Of a DNA stretch of 47,573 bases, positions 1 to 11,753 are shown piece by piece. Below the pieces are notes generated by a model. It made no database searches, had not been told where the DNA came from, and worked only from the letters and a program-made list of their open reading frames with translations. The stretch spans positions 1-47,573 of the forward strand of contig CALFOS010000120.1 of assembly GCA_937919725.1 (NCBI GenBank), given 5' to 3'. Each line of letters starts with the position of its first letter. Positions within the stretch are counted from its first letter, which is position 1. The stretch comes from an uncultured Fluviicola sp. (GTDB lineage Bacteria > Bacteroidota > Bacteroidia > Flavobacteriales_D > Crocinitomicaceae). Position numbers and translations under genes: made by a program.

Positions 1-389
1 GCTAGTATATTGTGCACACCTGAGCTCTCAAGAACGGCACGCATCGCACCACCGGCGATTACTCCTGTTCCTTCTGATGCTGGTCTCAACAAAACGCGTG
101 CTCCACTGTACTTCCCTTTTTGGATGTGCGGAACTGTTCCGTGTAAAATTGGAACCCGGATCAGGTTTTTCTTAGCGTCATCGATTCCTTTAGCGATTGC
201 TTCAGTAACCTCTTTTGCTTTACCAAGTCCGTGACCAACAATACCGTTTTCATCACCAACTACAACAATTGCGGAAAAACTGAACGTACGACCACCCTTG
301 GTAACTTTCGTTACACGATTAACTGACACGAGACGATCCTTCAACTCGATATCTGCAGATTTTACTCTGTTTAATGATTGTGCTGCCAT
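1..389 (-). CDS. rpsE: 30S ribosomal protein S5, 5' part (gene runs off the left edge of the window)
   Basis: Hand translation of the minus strand from ATG at 387-389 gives [61 protein letters not shown]..., a typical S5 N-terminal region. It lies directly downstream of rplR, as in spc operons. It is missing from the ORF track because no stop codon falls inside the window. Confidence 0.9.
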   Translation of the reverse strand, partial: MAAQSLNRVKSADIELKDRLVSVNRVTKVTKGGRTFSFSAIVVVGDENGIVGHGLGKAKEVTEAIAKGIDDAKKNLIRVPILHGTVPHIQKGKYSGARVLLRPASEGTGVIAGGAMRAVLESSGVHNIL

Positions 390-391
390 TC

Positions 392-745
392 TTAAAATTT
401 TAATCCGCCTTCTCTCGCTGAGTCAGCCAATGTTTTAACTCTACCGTGATACAAGTATCCGTTTCTATCGAATACAACTGTTGTAATTCCGGCTTTTACT
501 GCTTTTTCTGCAACCTCTTTTCCAACAACTGCAGCTTGATCTGTTTTAGATCCTTTTTCTGCTGCTTTGTTTTTATATGATGACGCGGAAACTAATGTTT
601 TCCCTGAATTGTCATCAATAATTTGAGCGTAAATTTGTTTGTTGCTTCTAAACACAGACAAACGCGGTTGCTCTGAAGAACCGAAAATATTTTTTCTGAT
701 TCTACGTTTAATTTTTGCTCTTCTTTTCGTTTTGCTAAATGCCAT
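392..745 (-). CDS. rplR: 50S ribosomal protein L18
   Basis: 117 aa with a basic N-terminus and a C-terminus of [28 protein letters not shown], typical of L18. ATG at 743-745. Conserved position between rplF and rpsE. Confidence 0.95.
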   Translation of the reverse strand: MAFSKTKRRAKIKRRIRKNIFGSSEQPRLSVFRSNKQIYAQIIDDNSGKTLVSASSYKNKAAEKGSKTDQAAVVGKEVAEKAVKAGITTVVFDRNGYLYHGRVKTLADSAREGGLKF

Positions 746-780
746 AACTTTAAGATATCTTTAATTACTAAAACTGCGAC

Positions 781-1332
781 CTATTTCGCTGCTGATTTAC
801 CTGCTTTTCTACGAAGCTCTTCACCGAGGTACTTAACACCTTTACCTTTGTAAGGTTCTGGTTTTCTTAGGGAGCGAATTTTAGCGGCAGCTTGCCCAAC
901 TAGTTGTTTGTCGTGTGATTCCAACGTTACAACTGGGGCCTTTCCTTTTTCAGAAAGAGCTGTTACCTTAAGTTCTGAAGGGAACTCCATGACGATTGGG
1001 TGAGAATACCCGAGAGAAAGCTCCAGGATTTGACCTGTTGCTACTGCACGGAAACCTACTCCTACCACTTGTAGTTCCTTCTTGTACCCTTCTGAAACAC
1101 CAACGATCATGTTGGCAACCAACGCTCTATAAAGACCGTGTTTTGCTCTGTGATTTGGGGCGTCCGATTCGCGGGTGAAAGTTATTGTTGGTCCGTCGAT
1201 GTGCATAGTGATACAAGAATCCATTTCTTGCGTCAATGTACCTTTTGAACCTTTAACTGTAACTACGTTACTGTCAACTTTCACTTCTACTCCACTCGGG
1301 ATTGTTACTGGGGATTTACCTATCCTTGACAT
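781..1332 (-). CDS. rplF: 50S ribosomal protein L6
   Basis: 183 aa starting MSRIGKSPVTIPSGVEVKV, with L6 length and operon position. Confidence 0.95.
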   Translation of the reverse strand: MSRIGKSPVTIPSGVEVKVDSNVVTVKGSKGTLTQEMDSCITMHIDGPTITFTRESDAPNHRAKHGLYRALVANMIVGVSEGYKKELQVVGVGFRAVATGQILELSLGYSHPIVMEFPSELKVTALSEKGKAPVVTLESHDKQLVGQAAAKIRSLRKPEPYKGKGVKYLGEELRRKAGKSAAK

Positions 1333-1353
1333 TTGTGTTGACTTTAAAAAAAA

Positions 1354-1752
1354 TTAATATACGTAGCAGATAACTTCTCCGCCTACGTTTTCTCTTTTTG
1401 CTTCTTTGTTTGTAATCAAACCTCTTGACGTTGAAATAATCGCGATTCCGAGTCCGTTCAATACACGTGGCATTTCATTTGCCCCTGCGTATTTACGAAG
1501 ACCTGGACGAGAAGCGCGTTGCAATTTTGTGATTGCAGGAACTTTCGTTGATGGATTGTATTTCAAAGCGATTCGAATCACTCCTTGTTTGTCATCTTCT
1601 TCAAATTTGAAGTCTCTTATGTATCCTTGATCAAAAAGGATTTTCGTCATTTCGCGCTTTACGTTAGAACCTGGAATTTCTACCATTTTCTTTCTTGCCA
1701 AGCTCGCGTTACGAATTCGAGTAAGATAATCTGCTATTGGATCTGTATTCAT
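1354..1752 (-). CDS. rpsH: 30S ribosomal protein S8
   Basis: The ORF-track frame is 1354..1827, but the conserved S8 N-terminus MNTDPIADYLTRIRNA begins at ATG 1750-1752. The 25 extra upstream codons run toward the repeat-bearing spacer and are judged non-coding. Confidence 0.9.
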   Translation of the reverse strand: MNTDPIADYLTRIRNASLARKKMVEIPGSNVKREMTKILFDQGYIRDFKFEEDDKQGVIRIALKYNPSTKVPAITKLQRASRPGLRKYAGANEMPRVLNGLGIAIISTSRGLITNKEAKRENVGGEVICYVY

Positions 1753-1835
1753 ATTTATTTGTTGCGGTAACGGTTTTCGATTTCTATCGAACCTGAGACC
1801 AGTTTGTACTTTTTTTTTGGAGTGCAAAGATATAA

Positions 1836-1917
1836 AGACTTTTAGACATTAGACTTGTAGACATTAGACTTTCACAGTCTATTGTCTATTGTCTTTTTGT
1901 CTAATGTCTAGTAGTCT
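1836..1917. repeat. About 82-nt imperfect palindrome built from about 10 copies of TAGAC(T)/(A)GTCTA at a roughly 7-nt period, in the rpsN-rpsH spacer
   Basis: Read directly. The left arm is AGACT TT TAGACAT TAGACT TG TAGACAT TAGACT, the loop is TTCAC (1871-1875), and the right arm is AGTCTA TT GTCTA TT GTCT TTTT GTCTA AT GTCTA GT AGTCT. The central 13 nt on each side (1858-1870 and 1876-1888) pair with one mismatch. Outer segments pair in alternative registers. Confidence 0.8.
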
Positions 1918-1920
1918 CTG

Positions 1921-2235
1921 CTACCAGCTTGCTTTTCTAACACCTGGAATCTTTCCATCGAGAGCCATTTCACGGAACGTCACACGTGAGATTCCAAATT
2001 GGCGCATATAACCTCTAGGACGTCCAGTCAAACCACAACGGTTGTGACCACGAACTTTTGCTGAATTAGCGGGCAATTTTTGCACTGCAATCATTGCTGC
2101 CCACTTTTTATCCTGCATTTCCTCAGAGTTATCCGATGATTTCAAGATTGTTGTCAATTCTAAACGCTTCGCAGCGTATCGAGCTGCAAGCTTTGTTCTT
2201 TTGCGCTCTCGCGCCTTCATTGATTCTTTTGCCAT
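1921..2235 (-). CDS. rpsN: 30S ribosomal protein S14
   Basis: 104 aa with the C-terminal signature [43 protein letters not shown] at 2233-2235. Confidence 0.95.
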   Translation of the reverse strand: MAKESMKARERKRTKLAARYAAKRLELTTILKSSDNSEEMQDKKWAAMIAVQKLPANSAKVRGHNRCGLTGRPRGYMRQFGISRVTFREMALDGKIPGVRKASW

Positions 2236-2241
2236 CTCTTC

Positions 2242-2793
2242 TTATTTTTTAATAAATGGGAACCCAAATGCATCTAACAATGCTTTACCTTCTTCATCGC
2301 TTTCCGCTGATGTAACGAACGTAACATCCATTCCCATGATACGATTTACTTTATCAATGTCAATTTCTGGGAAGATGATGTGTTCTTTAACACCCATGTT
2401 GAAGTTTCCACGACCGTCAAATCCTTTTGGGTTGATCCCGCGGAAGTCACGTGTTCGTGGTAAAGCAACAGACAGAAGGCGGTCAAGGAAGTCGTACATA
2501 CGATCTCCACGAAGAGTAACCTTCGTACCAACTGGCATTCCTTTTCTTAATTTGAAGTTAGAGATATCTTTTTTGGATAAAGTAGCGACAGCTCTTTGAC
2601 CAGCGATACGTGAAAGATCTTCCACTGCGTGATCGATAAGTTTTTTGTCAGCTACCGCATCACCGATACCTTGGCTTAAAATAATTTTTGTCAATCTCGG
2701 CACTTTCATTACTGTCGTGTAACCGAATTGCTCTGTAAGGGCTGGGATAATTTCCCCCCTATACATGTCTCGAAGTCTTGGTGTATATTCCAT
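2242..2793 (-). CDS. rplE: 50S ribosomal protein L5
   Basis: 183 aa with L5-like sequence (e.g. [29 protein letters not shown]). The start overlaps the rplX stop (TAATG). Confidence 0.95.
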   Translation of the reverse strand: MEYTPRLRDMYRGEIIPALTEQFGYTTVMKVPRLTKIILSQGIGDAVADKKLIDHAVEDLSRIAGQRAVATLSKKDISNFKLRKGMPVGTKVTLRGDRMYDFLDRLLSVALPRTRDFRGINPKGFDGRGNFNMGVKEHIIFPEIDIDKVNRIMGMDVTFVTSAESDEEGKALLDAFGFPFIKK

Positions 2794-3110
2794 TATTTGA
2801 TTTCCTCCCCGGACTTTTTAGAGTAACGTACTAATTTACCATCCTTGTCTAGCTTTCGTCCAAGACGTGAAGCTTCACCTTTTACCACAACCATAAGGTT
2901 TGAGATATGGATACCTGCTTCCGTTTCAAGGATTCCGCCTTCCGGATTTGCCGCATTTGGCTTTTGGTGTTTCTTCATAAGATTGACACCTTCTACCTTT
3001 GCGCGCATTTTCTTGCGATCGATCGACAGGATTGCTCCTTGTTGTCCGTTCGACTCACCGCTAATTACTTTCACGGTGTCTCCTACTTTAATGTGTAATT
3101 TCTGTTGCAT
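2793..3110 (-). CDS. rplX: 50S ribosomal protein L24
   Basis: 105 aa with the KOW motif [18 protein letters not shown]. Operon position fits. Confidence 0.95.
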   Translation of the reverse strand: MQQKLHIKVGDTVKVISGESNGQQGAILSIDRKKMRAKVEGVNLMKKHQKPNAANPEGGILETEAGIHISNLMVVVKGEASRLGRKLDKDGKLVRYSKKSGEEIK

Positions 3111-3123
3111 AACTTCAATTATT

Positions 3124-3492
3124 TTAAAGTACCTCGGGAGCCAATGACACTACTTTCATGTAGTTTGCGTCACGAAGCTCACGAGCAACTGGTCCAAAAA
3201 TACGTGTACCTCTCATCTCACCGGCTTGATTAAGAATAACGCAAGCGTTATCATCAAATCGGATATAAGAGCCATCTGGACGACGTACTTCTTTTCTTGT
3301 TCTTACTATTACTGCCGTAGCAACCTGTCCTTTTTTGACAGCTCCAGAGGGCATTGCGCTCTTAACAGCAACGACAATTTTGTCTCCTACAGAGGCATAG
3401 CGACGTTTTGTTCCACCGAGTACTCGGATGCACAATACCTCTTTCGCTCCAGAATTGTCTGCTACTTTAAGTCTTGATTCCTGTTGTATCAT
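3124..3492 (-). CDS. rplN: 50S ribosomal protein L14
   Basis: 122 aa starting [27 protein letters not shown], the canonical L14 N-terminus. Confidence 0.97.
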   Translation of the reverse strand: MIQQESRLKVADNSGAKEVLCIRVLGGTKRRYASVGDKIVVAVKSAMPSGAVKKGQVATAVIVRTRKEVRRPDGSYIRFDDNACVILNQAGEMRGTRIFGPVARELRDANYMKVVSLAPEVL

Positions 3493-3501
3493 TACTAATG
3501 C

Positions 3502-3759
3502 TTATTTAGCTCTTTCAATAACTTCCACTAATCTCCAGTTCTTTGTTTTCGACAAAGGACGTGTTTCCATGATGCGAACAGTGTCTCCAATATTGGAGTC
3601 ATTTTTCTCATCGTGAGCAACGAATCTAGTAGTTTTCTTTACGAACTTTCCGTACTTCGGGTGTTTTTCTCGACGTTCAACAGCTACCACGATAGACTTG
3701 TCCATCTTGTCACTGGTTACGATCCCTATACGTTCTTTTCTTAAATTACGCTTTTCCAT
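3502..3759 (-). CDS. rpsQ: 30S ribosomal protein S17
   Basis: 85 aa containing [33 protein letters not shown]17 pattern and operon position. Confidence 0.95.
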   Translation of the reverse strand: MEKRNLRKERIGIVTSDKMDKSIVVAVERREKHPKYGKFVKKTTRFVAHDEKNDSNIGDTVRIMETRPLSKTKNWRLVEVIERAK

Positions 3760-3788
3760 TTTACGCTTGTTTCGATTTGCTCAAGCAA

Positions 3789-3983
3789 TTAAGCTTGAAC
3801 TTCACGTTTTGTTAATTCAGTTTTCAATCGAGCGATGGTACGACGAGTATGACGGATTTGCAATGGGTTCTCCATAGGAGCTACTGCGTGCGTCAATTTC
3901 ATCTTGTACAACTGCTCAGTTAAGTTCGCTTCGTGCGCTCTTAGATCTGTAACTGATGCCTGAGTGATTTCTTTTTGCTTCAT
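3789..3983 (-). CDS. rpmC: 50S ribosomal protein L29
   Basis: 64 aa helical protein in the conserved position between rplP and rpsQ. ATG at 3981-3983. Confidence 0.9.
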   Translation of the reverse strand: MKQKEITQASVTDLRAHEANLTEQLYKMKLTHAVAPMENPLQIRHTRRTIARLKTELTKREVQA

Positions 3984-3989
3984 GATTTC

Positions 3990-4418
3990 TTATTTTCCTG
4001 GTATAACATAATCGTTACGCGTAACGAATTTGCATTTTACAGGCATTTTTTGAGCTGCTAAACGCATTGCTTCCTTTGCAGTTTCGTACGGTACACCGTC
4101 TGCTTCAAACAAAATACGTCCTGGTCTAACAACTGCAACCCAGTGACTTGGAGCTCCTTTTCCCTTACCCATACGTACCTCTGCTGGTTTAGCAGTAACT
4201 GGTTTGTCTGGGAAGATACGGATCCACACTTTACCTTCACGTTTCATGAATCGCGTAACGGCGATACGTGACGCTTCGATTTGGCGTGATGTGATCCATC
4301 CTGGCTCCAAAGTCTTCAGCGCAAACGATCCGAAAGAGACTGTACTACCTCTGTGGGCGATACCTCTATTTCGACCTTTCTGTGCTTTTCTAAATTTGGT
4401 TCTTTTCGGTTGTAACAT
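3990..4418 (-). CDS. rplP: 50S ribosomal protein L16
   Basis: 142 aa starting [16 protein letters not shown], the canonical L16 N-terminus. Confidence 0.97.
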   Translation of the reverse strand: MLQPKRTKFRKAQKGRNRGIAHRGSTVSFGSFALKTLEPGWITSRQIEASRIAVTRFMKREGKVWIRIFPDKPVTAKPAEVRMGKGKGAPSHWVAVVRPGRILFEADGVPYETAKEAMRLAAQKMPVKCKFVTRNDYVIPGK

Positions 4419-4444
4419 TACTGTTCAATTTTGAAATTGTCGAT

Positions 4445-5188
4445 TTACTTCTTAGGTCTTCTACGTGCACCACCTGCTCCACCTTTGCGGTCAGGTCGTC
4501 CTGCTCCAACACCACTACCCGCTTTGGCTGTTTTTTGCCCAACGTTCGGTGAAAGGTCACGCTTTCCATACACTTCACCTTTCATGATCCATACCTTGAT
4601 ACCAAGACGACCATACGTAGTGTGTGCTTCAGCGAGTGCATAGTCGATGTCTGCTCTGAACGTATGTAACGGAGTACGTCCATCTTTGTACATCTCTGAC
4701 CTGGCCATTTCAGCGCCATTCAAACGACCAGAGATCTTCACTTTGATTCCTTCTGCTCCCATTCTCATGGTGCTTGCGATAGACATTTTGATTGCTCTAC
4801 GGAAAGAGATACGAGCTTCTAATTGACGAGCGATTCCATCCGCCACCAATCGAGCATCCAATTCTGGACGTTTCACCTCGAAGATGTTGATTTGAATTTC
4901 TTTCTTCGTCAATTTTTTCAACTCCTCTTTGAGTTTGTCAACCTCTTGACCACCTTTTCCGATAATTACTCCCGGACGTGCAGTGTTGATAGTAACGGTT
5001 ACCAACTTAAGTGTACGTTCGATTACAATTTTCGAAAGACTTGCTTTAGATAAACGAGCGCGGAGATATTTACGGATTTTGTCGTCTTCAACGATTTTAT
5101 CGCCATAGTTATTACCTCCATACCAGTTAGATTCCCATCCGTGGATGAAACCTAATCTATTTCCAATTGGATTTGTTTTTTGTCCCAT
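4445..5188 (-). CDS. rpsC: 30S ribosomal protein S3
   Basis: 247 aa starting [13 protein letters not shown], with KH and S3-C regions and a Gly/Arg-rich C-terminal tail. Confidence 0.97.
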   Translation of the reverse strand: MGQKTNPIGNRLGFIHGWESNWYGGNNYGDKIVEDDKIRKYLRARLSKASLSKIVIERTLKLVTVTINTARPGVIIGKGGQEVDKLKEELKKLTKKEIQINIFEVKRPELDARLVADGIARQLEARISFRRAIKMSIASTMRMGAEGIKVKISGRLNGAEMARSEMYKDGRTPLHTFRADIDYALAEAHTTYGRLGIKVWIMKGEVYGKRDLSPNVGQKTAKAGSGVGAGRPDRKGGAGGARRRPKK

Positions 5189-5198
5189 TTATCTAAAA

Positions 5199-5600
5199 TT
5201 ATTCAGCGTTCTTACCGTCAACAACGATAGTCACATGATTTGATCTTTTTCTAACTCTGTGTGCACGACCTTGTGGCGCTGGTTGAATGCGTTTCAGCAT
5301 TGCCCCTCCACTCACTTCGATGGTTGACACAAAAAGTGTTTCTTCTTCGATACTCTTGTCTTCGTTCTTTTGTTCCCAATTTGCGATTGCGGAACGAAGC
5401 AATTTCGCCAAGCTTGTAGACGCATCTTTTGCGTTGTGTTGCAATATGTTTAGAGCTTTATTCACTTCCACTCCACGAACGAGATCTGCAACCAATCTCA
5501 TTTTTCTCGGAGCGATAGGCGAATTATTCAATTTCGCGAAAGCGATTGATTTATTTGCCTCTTTGCGAGCCTCTGCTTTTATTCTTTTTCTAGCACCCAT
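5199..5600 (-). CDS. rplV: 50S ribosomal protein L22
   Basis: 133 aa containing [14 protein letters not shown]-type sequence ([18 protein letters not shown]). Operon position fits. Confidence 0.95.
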   Translation of the reverse strand: MGARKRIKAEARKEANKSIAFAKLNNSPIAPRKMRLVADLVRGVEVNKALNILQHNAKDASTSLAKLLRSAIANWEQKNEDKSIEEETLFVSTIEVSGGAMLKRIQPAPQGRAHRVRKRSNHVTIVVDGKNAE

Positions 5601-5611
5601 AATCCGCTATT

Positions 5612-5890
5612 TTATCTTTTCTTGTCTTTTTTATTACCTGCGTGACCTCGGAAGTTACGCGTTGGAGAAAATTCTCCCAACTTGTGTCCTACCATGTTTT
5701 CTGTCGCGAATACAGGAATAAACTTGTTTCCATTATGAACAGCGAATGTCAATCCAACGAAGTCAGGAGTAATTGTGCTTGCTCTAGACCATGTTTTGAT
5801 AACAGACTTGCTGCCTGATTCTTGTGCGTCATCCACTCGCTTTAAAAGCTTGTAGTGCACAAATGGTGGTTTCTTTAACGAACGACTCAT
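5612..5890 (-). CDS. rpsS: 30S ribosomal protein S19
   Basis: 92 aa starting [11 protein letters not shown], with [16 protein letters not shown] near the C-terminus. Confidence 0.97.
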   Translation of the reverse strand: MSRSLKKPPFVHYKLLKRVDDAQESGSKSVIKTWSRASTITPDFVGLTFAVHNGNKFIPVFATENMVGHKLGEFSPTRNFRGHAGNKKDKKR

Positions 5891-5893
5891 ATC

Positions 5894-6721
<828 letters not shown>

Positions 6722-6732
6722 TCTCTTAGTTC

Positions 6733-7038
6733 TTAAAAGTTATTAAACAAATCAATCGTCTCTCCATCTGCAACCGTTACAACAGCTTTCTTCCACTGTT
6801 TGCTACGTTGCTCAACGACACCTCTATTCGTATATTTCGTAGAGGATTTACCACCGCCATAATTCATGGTTCGGACTTCAGTAATATGAACTCCATACAT
6901 CTTCTCGACGGCATTTTTTATCTCAATTTTATTCGCTTTAGTATCAACTGCGAATGTAAAACGATTCATTTTCTCGCTTTGTGCAGTTGCCTTTTCCGAA
7001 ATAATTGGCTTTTTAATAATAGTTCCTTTCATCATCAA
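6733..7038 (-). CDS. rplW: 50S ribosomal protein L23
   Basis: About 100 aa containing [11 protein letters not shown]. Three consecutive in-frame ATGs (7038, 7035, 7032) leave the exact start ambiguous. Confidence 0.9.
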   Translation of the reverse strand: MMMKGTIIKKPIISEKATAQSEKMNRFTFAVDTKANKIEIKNAVEKMYGVHITEVRTMNYGGGKSSTKYTNRGVVEQRSKQWKKAVVTVADGETIDLFNNF

Positions 7039-7665
7039 TTAGTTTAAGATCTTTTCGATCACTTCAATTGAACTTTGAGCCATTACAACTTTCTGAGCGT
7101 TCAATACATCAAATGTATTCACCGAGTCAGCTGTTACGACCTTTACTTTCTTAAGGTTACGTGAAGACAAGTAAACATTGTCATTCTTTTCACCTAAAAT
7201 CATCAACACTTTGCTGTTTTCCAACTTCAAATCAGCCAATAAGGCTTTGAAATCTGACGTTTTGATAGCATCTAAATTAAGATCATCGATCACCATAAGG
7301 TTTTCAGATTTCAATTTGTATGCAAATGCAGACTTACGTGCTAAACGTTTCAATTTAACGTTCAATTTGAAGTGGTAATCACGTGGGCGTGGTCCGAAGA
7401 TTCGTCCTCCACCTACTCGTGTACCAGACTTGATAGATCCCACACGGGCACCACCAGTTCCTTTTTGTTTTTTGATTTTTCGCGTAGATCCATTGATCTC
7501 TGCGCGCTCTTTCGCTTTGTGCGTTCCTTGACGTCGATTTGCTAGGTGTTGTTTAACATCTAGATAAATAGCGTGATCGTTTGGTTCAATTCCAAAAACA
7601 TCATCCGACAAGTTAACTGACTTCGAAGTAGCTTTTCCTTTTGCACTATATACTTTTACTTCCAT
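7039..7665 (-). CDS. rplD: 50S ribosomal protein L4
   Basis: 208 aa with an L4-like central loop (KQKGTGGARVGSIKS). Operon position fits. Confidence 0.95.
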   Translation of the reverse strand: MEVKVYSAKGKATSKSVNLSDDVFGIEPNDHAIYLDVKQHLANRRQGTHKAKERAEINGSTRKIKKQKGTGGARVGSIKSGTRVGGGRIFGPRPRDYHFKLNVKLKRLARKSAFAYKLKSENLMVIDDLNLDAIKTSDFKALLADLKLENSKVLMILGEKNDNVYLSSRNLKKVKVVTADSVNTFDVLNAQKVVMAQSSIEVIEKILN

Positions 7666-8279
7666 TACTTCTCAATTACAACTGTTGAACCTTTGTGACC
7701 TGGAATAGACCCTTTCACAACTATCAAATTCTTATCAGCAAGTATTCTCAAAACTTGAAGGTTTTCCACTTTCACACGAGCGTTACCCATTTGTCCTGCC
7801 ATGCGCATTCCTTTGAATACACGCGCCGGATAAGATGCTGCTCCAATTGATCCTGGTGCACGTAATCTGTTGTGCTGACCGTGAGTAGATTGTCCAACCC
7901 CAGCAAAATTGTGGCGTTTAACAACTCCTTGGAATCCTTTTCCTTTTGATGTTCCTGCTACAGTAACGAACTCACCTTCTGCGAAGATGTCGCAATTTAC
8001 TGTATCACCGAGATTCAATCCTTCCATTCCCTTAAACTCAACGAGTTTCGATTTAGGTTCTGAATTAGATTTCTTAAAATGACCTTTCAACGCATTTGGA
8101 GTGTTTTTTTCCTTCCGGTCTCCAAACCCTAATTGAATGGCATCGTAACCATCTCTGTCTTGTGTTTTGATCTGAGTGACCACACAAGGACCAGCTTCTA
8201 TCACCGTGCATGGCATTGCTTTACCCTCGGCACTGTAGATGCTAGTCATTCCGACTTTTTTACCAATAATCCCTGGCAT
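7665..8279 (-). CDS. rplC: 50S ribosomal protein L3
   Basis: 204 aa starting [15 protein letters not shown], with [11 protein letters not shown] later in the sequence. Confidence 0.97.
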   Translation of the reverse strand: MPGIIGKKVGMTSIYSAEGKAMPCTVIEAGPCVVTQIKTQDRDGYDAIQLGFGDRKEKNTPNALKGHFKKSNSEPKSKLVEFKGMEGLNLGDTVNCDIFAEGEFVTVAGTSKGKGFQGVVKRHNFAGVGQSTHGQHNRLRAPGSIGAASYPARVFKGMRMAGQMGNARVKVENLQVLRILADKNLIVVKGSIPGHKGSTVVIEK

Positions 8280-8364
8280 TGTTTCTACTTGTTTTAATTA
8301 TTAAAAAATTGAAAATTTGTAGACTTCGACTCTGTTCAGCCTACAACCTATTTCAATACCTTAC

Positions 8365-8670
8365 TTATACTTTAATCTCTACGTCAACACCACTTGGTAA
8401 CTCCAAACGCATTAATGCATCTACCGTTTTCGAAGAAGAACTGTAGATATCCATCAAACGCTTGTATGAACACAATTGGAATTGCTCACGCGCTTTTTTG
8501 TTAACGTGTGGTGATTTCAACACTGTATAAATACGTTTGTGTGTTGGAAGTGGAATTGGTCCACTAACTACCGCACCTGTTGACTTCACTGTTTTCACGA
8601 TCTTCTCAGCAGACTTGTCTACCAAGTTGTGATCGTATGATTTCAATTTAATTCTGATTTTCTGACTCAT
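8365..8670 (-). CDS. rpsJ: 30S ribosomal protein S10
   Basis: 101 aa starting [18 protein letters not shown]. The start lies 12 nt downstream of the fusA stop. Confidence 0.97.
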   Translation of the reverse strand: MSQKIRIKLKSYDHNLVDKSAEKIVKTVKSTGAVVSGPIPLPTHKRIYTVLKSPHVNKKAREQFQLCSYKRLMDIYSSSSKTVDALMRLELPSGVDVEIKV

Positions 8671-8682
8671 CTCTTAAATAAA

Positions 8683-10785
8683 TTATGCGGTAACACCTTT
8701 AATTTTCGCTACTACTTCTGCTGCAATACCTGCTGGCGCTTCAGCGTAGTGTGAGAACTCCATACTAGACGTTGCACGTCCTGATGACATTGTTCTCAAT
8801 TGCGTTACATATCCAAACATTTCTGAAAGTGGAACATCTGCTTTTACAACTTTTGATCCAGCACGATCGTCCATTCCTCTCATGATACCACGACGACGGT
8901 TAAGGTCACCTACGATATCACCCATGTTCTCTTCTGGAGTAACCACCTCCAACTTCATGATTGGTTCCAAAAGAACTGGCTTACATTTTGGTAAAGCTGA
9001 TTTGAATGCCAATTTCGCACACAACTCAAACGAGAGTGCATCGGAATCGACAGCATGGAAAGATCCATCTTTCACTTCAACTTTCATAGCATCCATTTGG
9101 AAACCTGCCATGACACCATTCTTCATTGATTCTTTGAATCCTTTTTCAATCGATGGAACGAACTCCTTAGGAATGTTACCCCCTTTGATTGAGTTGATGA
9201 ATTCAAGACCTGTTTTTTCTGGATCGTCTTGTGGAGAAATTGTTACTACAATATCCGCAAATTTACCACGTCCACCTGATTGCTTTTTGTATTGCTCTCT
9301 GTGATCGATTGAAGCAGTGATATTCTCGCGGTACGCCACTTGTGGAGCACCTTGATTTACTTCTGCTTTAAACTCACGACGCAAACGATCCATAATGATA
9401 TCGAGGTGAAGCTCACCCATACCAGAAATGATCGTTTGACCAGAATCCTCATCCGTATTAACCCGGAACGTAGGATCTTCCTCAGCCAATTTTTGCAAAC
9501 CGTTTGACAATTTATCAGCATCAGCTTGAGTTTTAGGCTCAATAGCAACCCCGATAACTGGATCTGGGAAGTCCATTGACTCCAAAACGATCGGTGCATT
9601 TTCAGCACACAAGGTGTCACCTGTTTTGATGTCTTTAAATCCAACGAATGCACCAATATCTCCAGCTCCCAATTCAGGAATTTGGATTTGCTTGTTCGCA
9701 TGCATTTGGAAGATACGCGAGATACGCTCTTTCTTTCCAGAACGCGCATTCAACACATATGACCCAGCCTCAAGCAAACCGGAATATGCACGAACAAAAC
9801 ACAAACGACCCACGAAAGGATCTGTTGCGATCTTAAACGCCAAACCTGCGAAAGGCTCTGATTCTGATGGCTTACGTCTCTCTTCTCCCTCAGTTCTCGG
9901 ATTAACTCCAATTACCGCTTCGATGTCCATAGGTGAAGGAAGAATTTCCATTACCATGTCCAACATTGCTTGAACTCCTTTGTTTTTAAAAGCAGAACCG
10001 CACATCATTGGAACTACTTTTCCAGCGATGGTTGCCGCACGCAATGCGTCGAGAATTTCTCTTTCCGTCAATGATTCCGGATCTTCGAAGTACTTCTCCA
10101 TCAATGTATCATCGAATTCAGCTACTGCCTCCAACAACTCTTCACGTAATTGAGTTGCTTCTTCCAAAACGTCAGCGGGAATTTCGATTTCTTGGAAGGT
10201 CATTCCCATATCCTCTTCATTCCATGTGATTCCTTTGAAGTTGATCAAATCAACAACACCTTTGAAATCGTCTTCTGCACCAATATTAATTTGCAATGGC
10301 AATGCATGGCTTCCCAACATTTCCTTCACTTGCTTACACACCATCAAAAAGTCAGCTCCAGAACGGTCCATTTTGTTAACGAATCCGATACGTGGAACAT
10401 TGTAATTGTTTGCCAAGCGCCAGTTTGTTTCAGATTGTGGCTCAACACCATCAACAGCGGAGAACAAGAACACCAAACCATCAAGTACACGCAACGAACG
10501 ATTCACCTCAACTGTAAAGTCAACGTGGCCAGGAGTGTCAATAATGTTCATGTGGTACTCTTGACCACGGTATTGCCACTTCAAGGTAGTAGCAGCAGAA
10601 GTGATCGTGATCCCACGCTCTTGCTCTTGCTCCATCCAGTCCATAGTAGCACCACCGTCATGTACTTCACCAATTTTGTGGTTTACACCACCATAATAAA
10701 GAATACGCTCAGTAGTAGTTGTTTTCCCAGCATCAATGTGCGCTGCGATTCCAATGTTTCTTGTGAATTTAAGATCTCTAGCCAT
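8683..10785 (-). CDS. fusA: Translation elongation factor G
   Basis: 700 aa with GTPase motifs [20 protein letters not shown] and NKMD, plus EF-G domains II-V. Confidence 0.98.
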   Translation of the reverse strand: MARDLKFTRNIGIAAHIDAGKTTTTERILYYGGVNHKIGEVHDGGATMDWMEQEQERGITITSAATTLKWQYRGQEYHMNIIDTPGHVDFTVEVNRSLRVLDGLVFLFSAVDGVEPQSETNWRLANNYNVPRIGFVNKMDRSGADFLMVCKQVKEMLGSHALPLQINIGAEDDFKGVVDLINFKGITWNEEDMGMTFQEIEIPADVLEEATQLREELLEAVAEFDDTLMEKYFEDPESLTEREILDALRAATIAGKVVPMMCGSAFKNKGVQAMLDMVMEILPSPMDIEAVIGVNPRTEGEERRKPSESEPFAGLAFKIATDPFVGRLCFVRAYSGLLEAGSYVLNARSGKKERISRIFQMHANKQIQIPELGAGDIGAFVGFKDIKTGDTLCAENAPIVLESMDFPDPVIGVAIEPKTQADADKLSNGLQKLAEEDPTFRVNTDEDSGQTIISGMGELHLDIIMDRLRREFKAEVNQGAPQVAYRENITASIDHREQYKKQSGGRGKFADIVVTISPQDDPEKTGLEFINSIKGGNIPKEFVPSIEKGFKESMKNGVMAGFQMDAMKVEVKDGSFHAVDSDALSFELCAKLAFKSALPKCKPVLLEPIMKLEVVTPEENMGDIVGDLNRRRGIMRGMDDRAGSKVVKADVPLSEMFGYVTQLRTMSSGRATSSMEFSHYAEAPAGIAAEVVAKIKGVTA

Positions 10786-10790
10786 TTCTA

Positions 10791-11261
10791 TTAAAATCTA
10801 AAATGTGAGAATGCTTTGTTTGCCTCAGCCATTCTTAATGTATCTTCTTTCTTTTTGAAAGCAGCTCCCTCTTCTTTTGATGCAGCAATAATCTCCATCG
10901 CAAGTTTTTGGGCCATTGTTTTCTCGTTACGCTTACGAGCGTATCCGATCAACCATTTCATACCCAACGATTGCTTACGTCCTTCACGCACAGGTGTAGG
11001 GATTTGGAAAGTTGCTCCACCAACGCGCCGGCTACGAACCTCAACGCTAGGAGTAATATTCTCTAATGCTTTCTTCCATGTGTCCAATCCAGTAGTATCC
11101 TCTAGTTTGGCATCAATGATTTCCATTGCTTCGTAAAAGATTTTGAACGCAAGGTTCTTCTTTCCACTAAACATTAGGTTGTTAACGAATTTGGTTACAA
11201 TAATCTCGTTAAATTTCGGATCCGGTAGGATGGCTATTTTTTTCGCTTTTCTTCTTCTCAT
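10791..11261 (-). CDS. rpsG: 30S ribosomal protein S7
   Basis: 156 aa containing [15 protein letters not shown] and [16 protein letters not shown]. Confidence 0.97.
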   Translation of the reverse strand: MRRRKAKKIAILPDPKFNEIIVTKFVNNLMFSGKKNLAFKIFYEAMEIIDAKLEDTTGLDTWKKALENITPSVEVRSRRVGGATFQIPTPVREGRKQSLGMKWLIGYARKRNEKTMAQKLAMEIIAASKEEGAAFKKKEDTLRMAEANKAFSHFRF

Positions 11262-11291
11262 CTTGTGATGTTTTTAAAAGGTTAAAGAATT

Positions 11292-11666
11292 TTACTTCTT
11301 AGGTCTTTTGGTTCCATACTTTGAACGTCTTTGTGTTCTTCCTTCTACTCCTGCAGTATCTTCCGCACCGCGAACGATGTGGTAACGTACACCTGGAAGA
11401 TCTTTAACTCTTCCGCCACGTACTAATACTAATGAGTGTTCTTGAAGATTGTGACCTTCACCTCCGATGTAAGCGTTGACTTCCTTACCGTTTGTTAGTC
11501 GCACTCTGGCAACTTTACGCATAGCCGAGTTCGGCTTCTTAGGTGTAGTGGTGTACACACGTACACATACTCCTTTTCGCTGTGGACAAGAATCAAGTGC
11601 TGCAGACTTGCTCTTTTTCACTACGACTTTTCTCCCTTTGCGAACTAATTGTTGGATAGTTGGCAT
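11292..11666 (-). CDS. rpsL: 30S ribosomal protein S12
   Basis: The ORF-track frame extends to 11753, but the conserved S12 N-terminus [13 protein letters not shown] starts at ATG 11664-11666. The upstream 29 codons overlap the predicted promoter. Confidence 0.95.
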   Translation of the reverse strand: MPTIQQLVRKGRKVVVKKSKSAALDSCPQRKGVCVRVYTTTPKKPNSAMRKVARVRLTNGKEVNAYIGGEGHNLQEHSLVLVRGGRVKDLPGVRYHIVRGAEDTAGVEGRTQRRSKYGTKRPKK

Positions 11667-11723
11667 AAAAATACTATTAACTTTAATGAATAAATAATTC
11701 TCCCAAAAACACTTTTCGGGGTG

Positions 11724-11753
11724 CAAATGTACGGGAATTATTTTAAAAACCAA
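11724..11753 (-). promoter_or_regulatory. Candidate Bacteroidota-type promoter of the rpsL operon (-33 TTG, 19-nt spacer, -7 TACATTTG)
   Basis: On the minus strand the sequence reads TTG (11753-11751), 19 nt, then TACATTTG (11731-11724). This matches the TTG / TAnnTTTG consensus described for Bacteroidetes sigma-A promoters. It lies about 58 nt upstream of the rpsL ATG. Confidence 0.5.

Noticed and set aside
1753-1827. N-terminal extensions suggested by the ORF track for rpsH (to 1827), rpsL (to 11753), etfB (from 17087), etfA (from 17812), nupC (from 19473) and the Omp85 protein (to 22990).
   Set aside because: The conserved family N-termini or signal peptides begin at internal ATGs. The extensions overlap upstream genes, promoters or the repeat element, and some rely on TTG or GTG starts.
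1836-1917. Possible mini-CRISPR array or tandem repeat locus in the rpsN-rpsH spacer.
   Set aside because: The units are only about 5-7 nt with 2-nt gaps, arranged as an inverted repeat with no spacers. No cas genes are present. It is kept only as a palindromic repeat.
10150-10794. A 214-aa ORF on the plus strand, antisense to fusA. Similar long antisense ORFs occur at 28707-29303 (in recQ), 36067-36681 (in the M20 gene), 26359-26937 (in the DUF5686 gene), 8882-9304 and 5287-5721.
   Set aside because: Each lies entirely inside a confidently identified gene on the opposite strand. Their products are low-complexity or odd in composition with no recognisable motifs. They are typical shadow ORFs.
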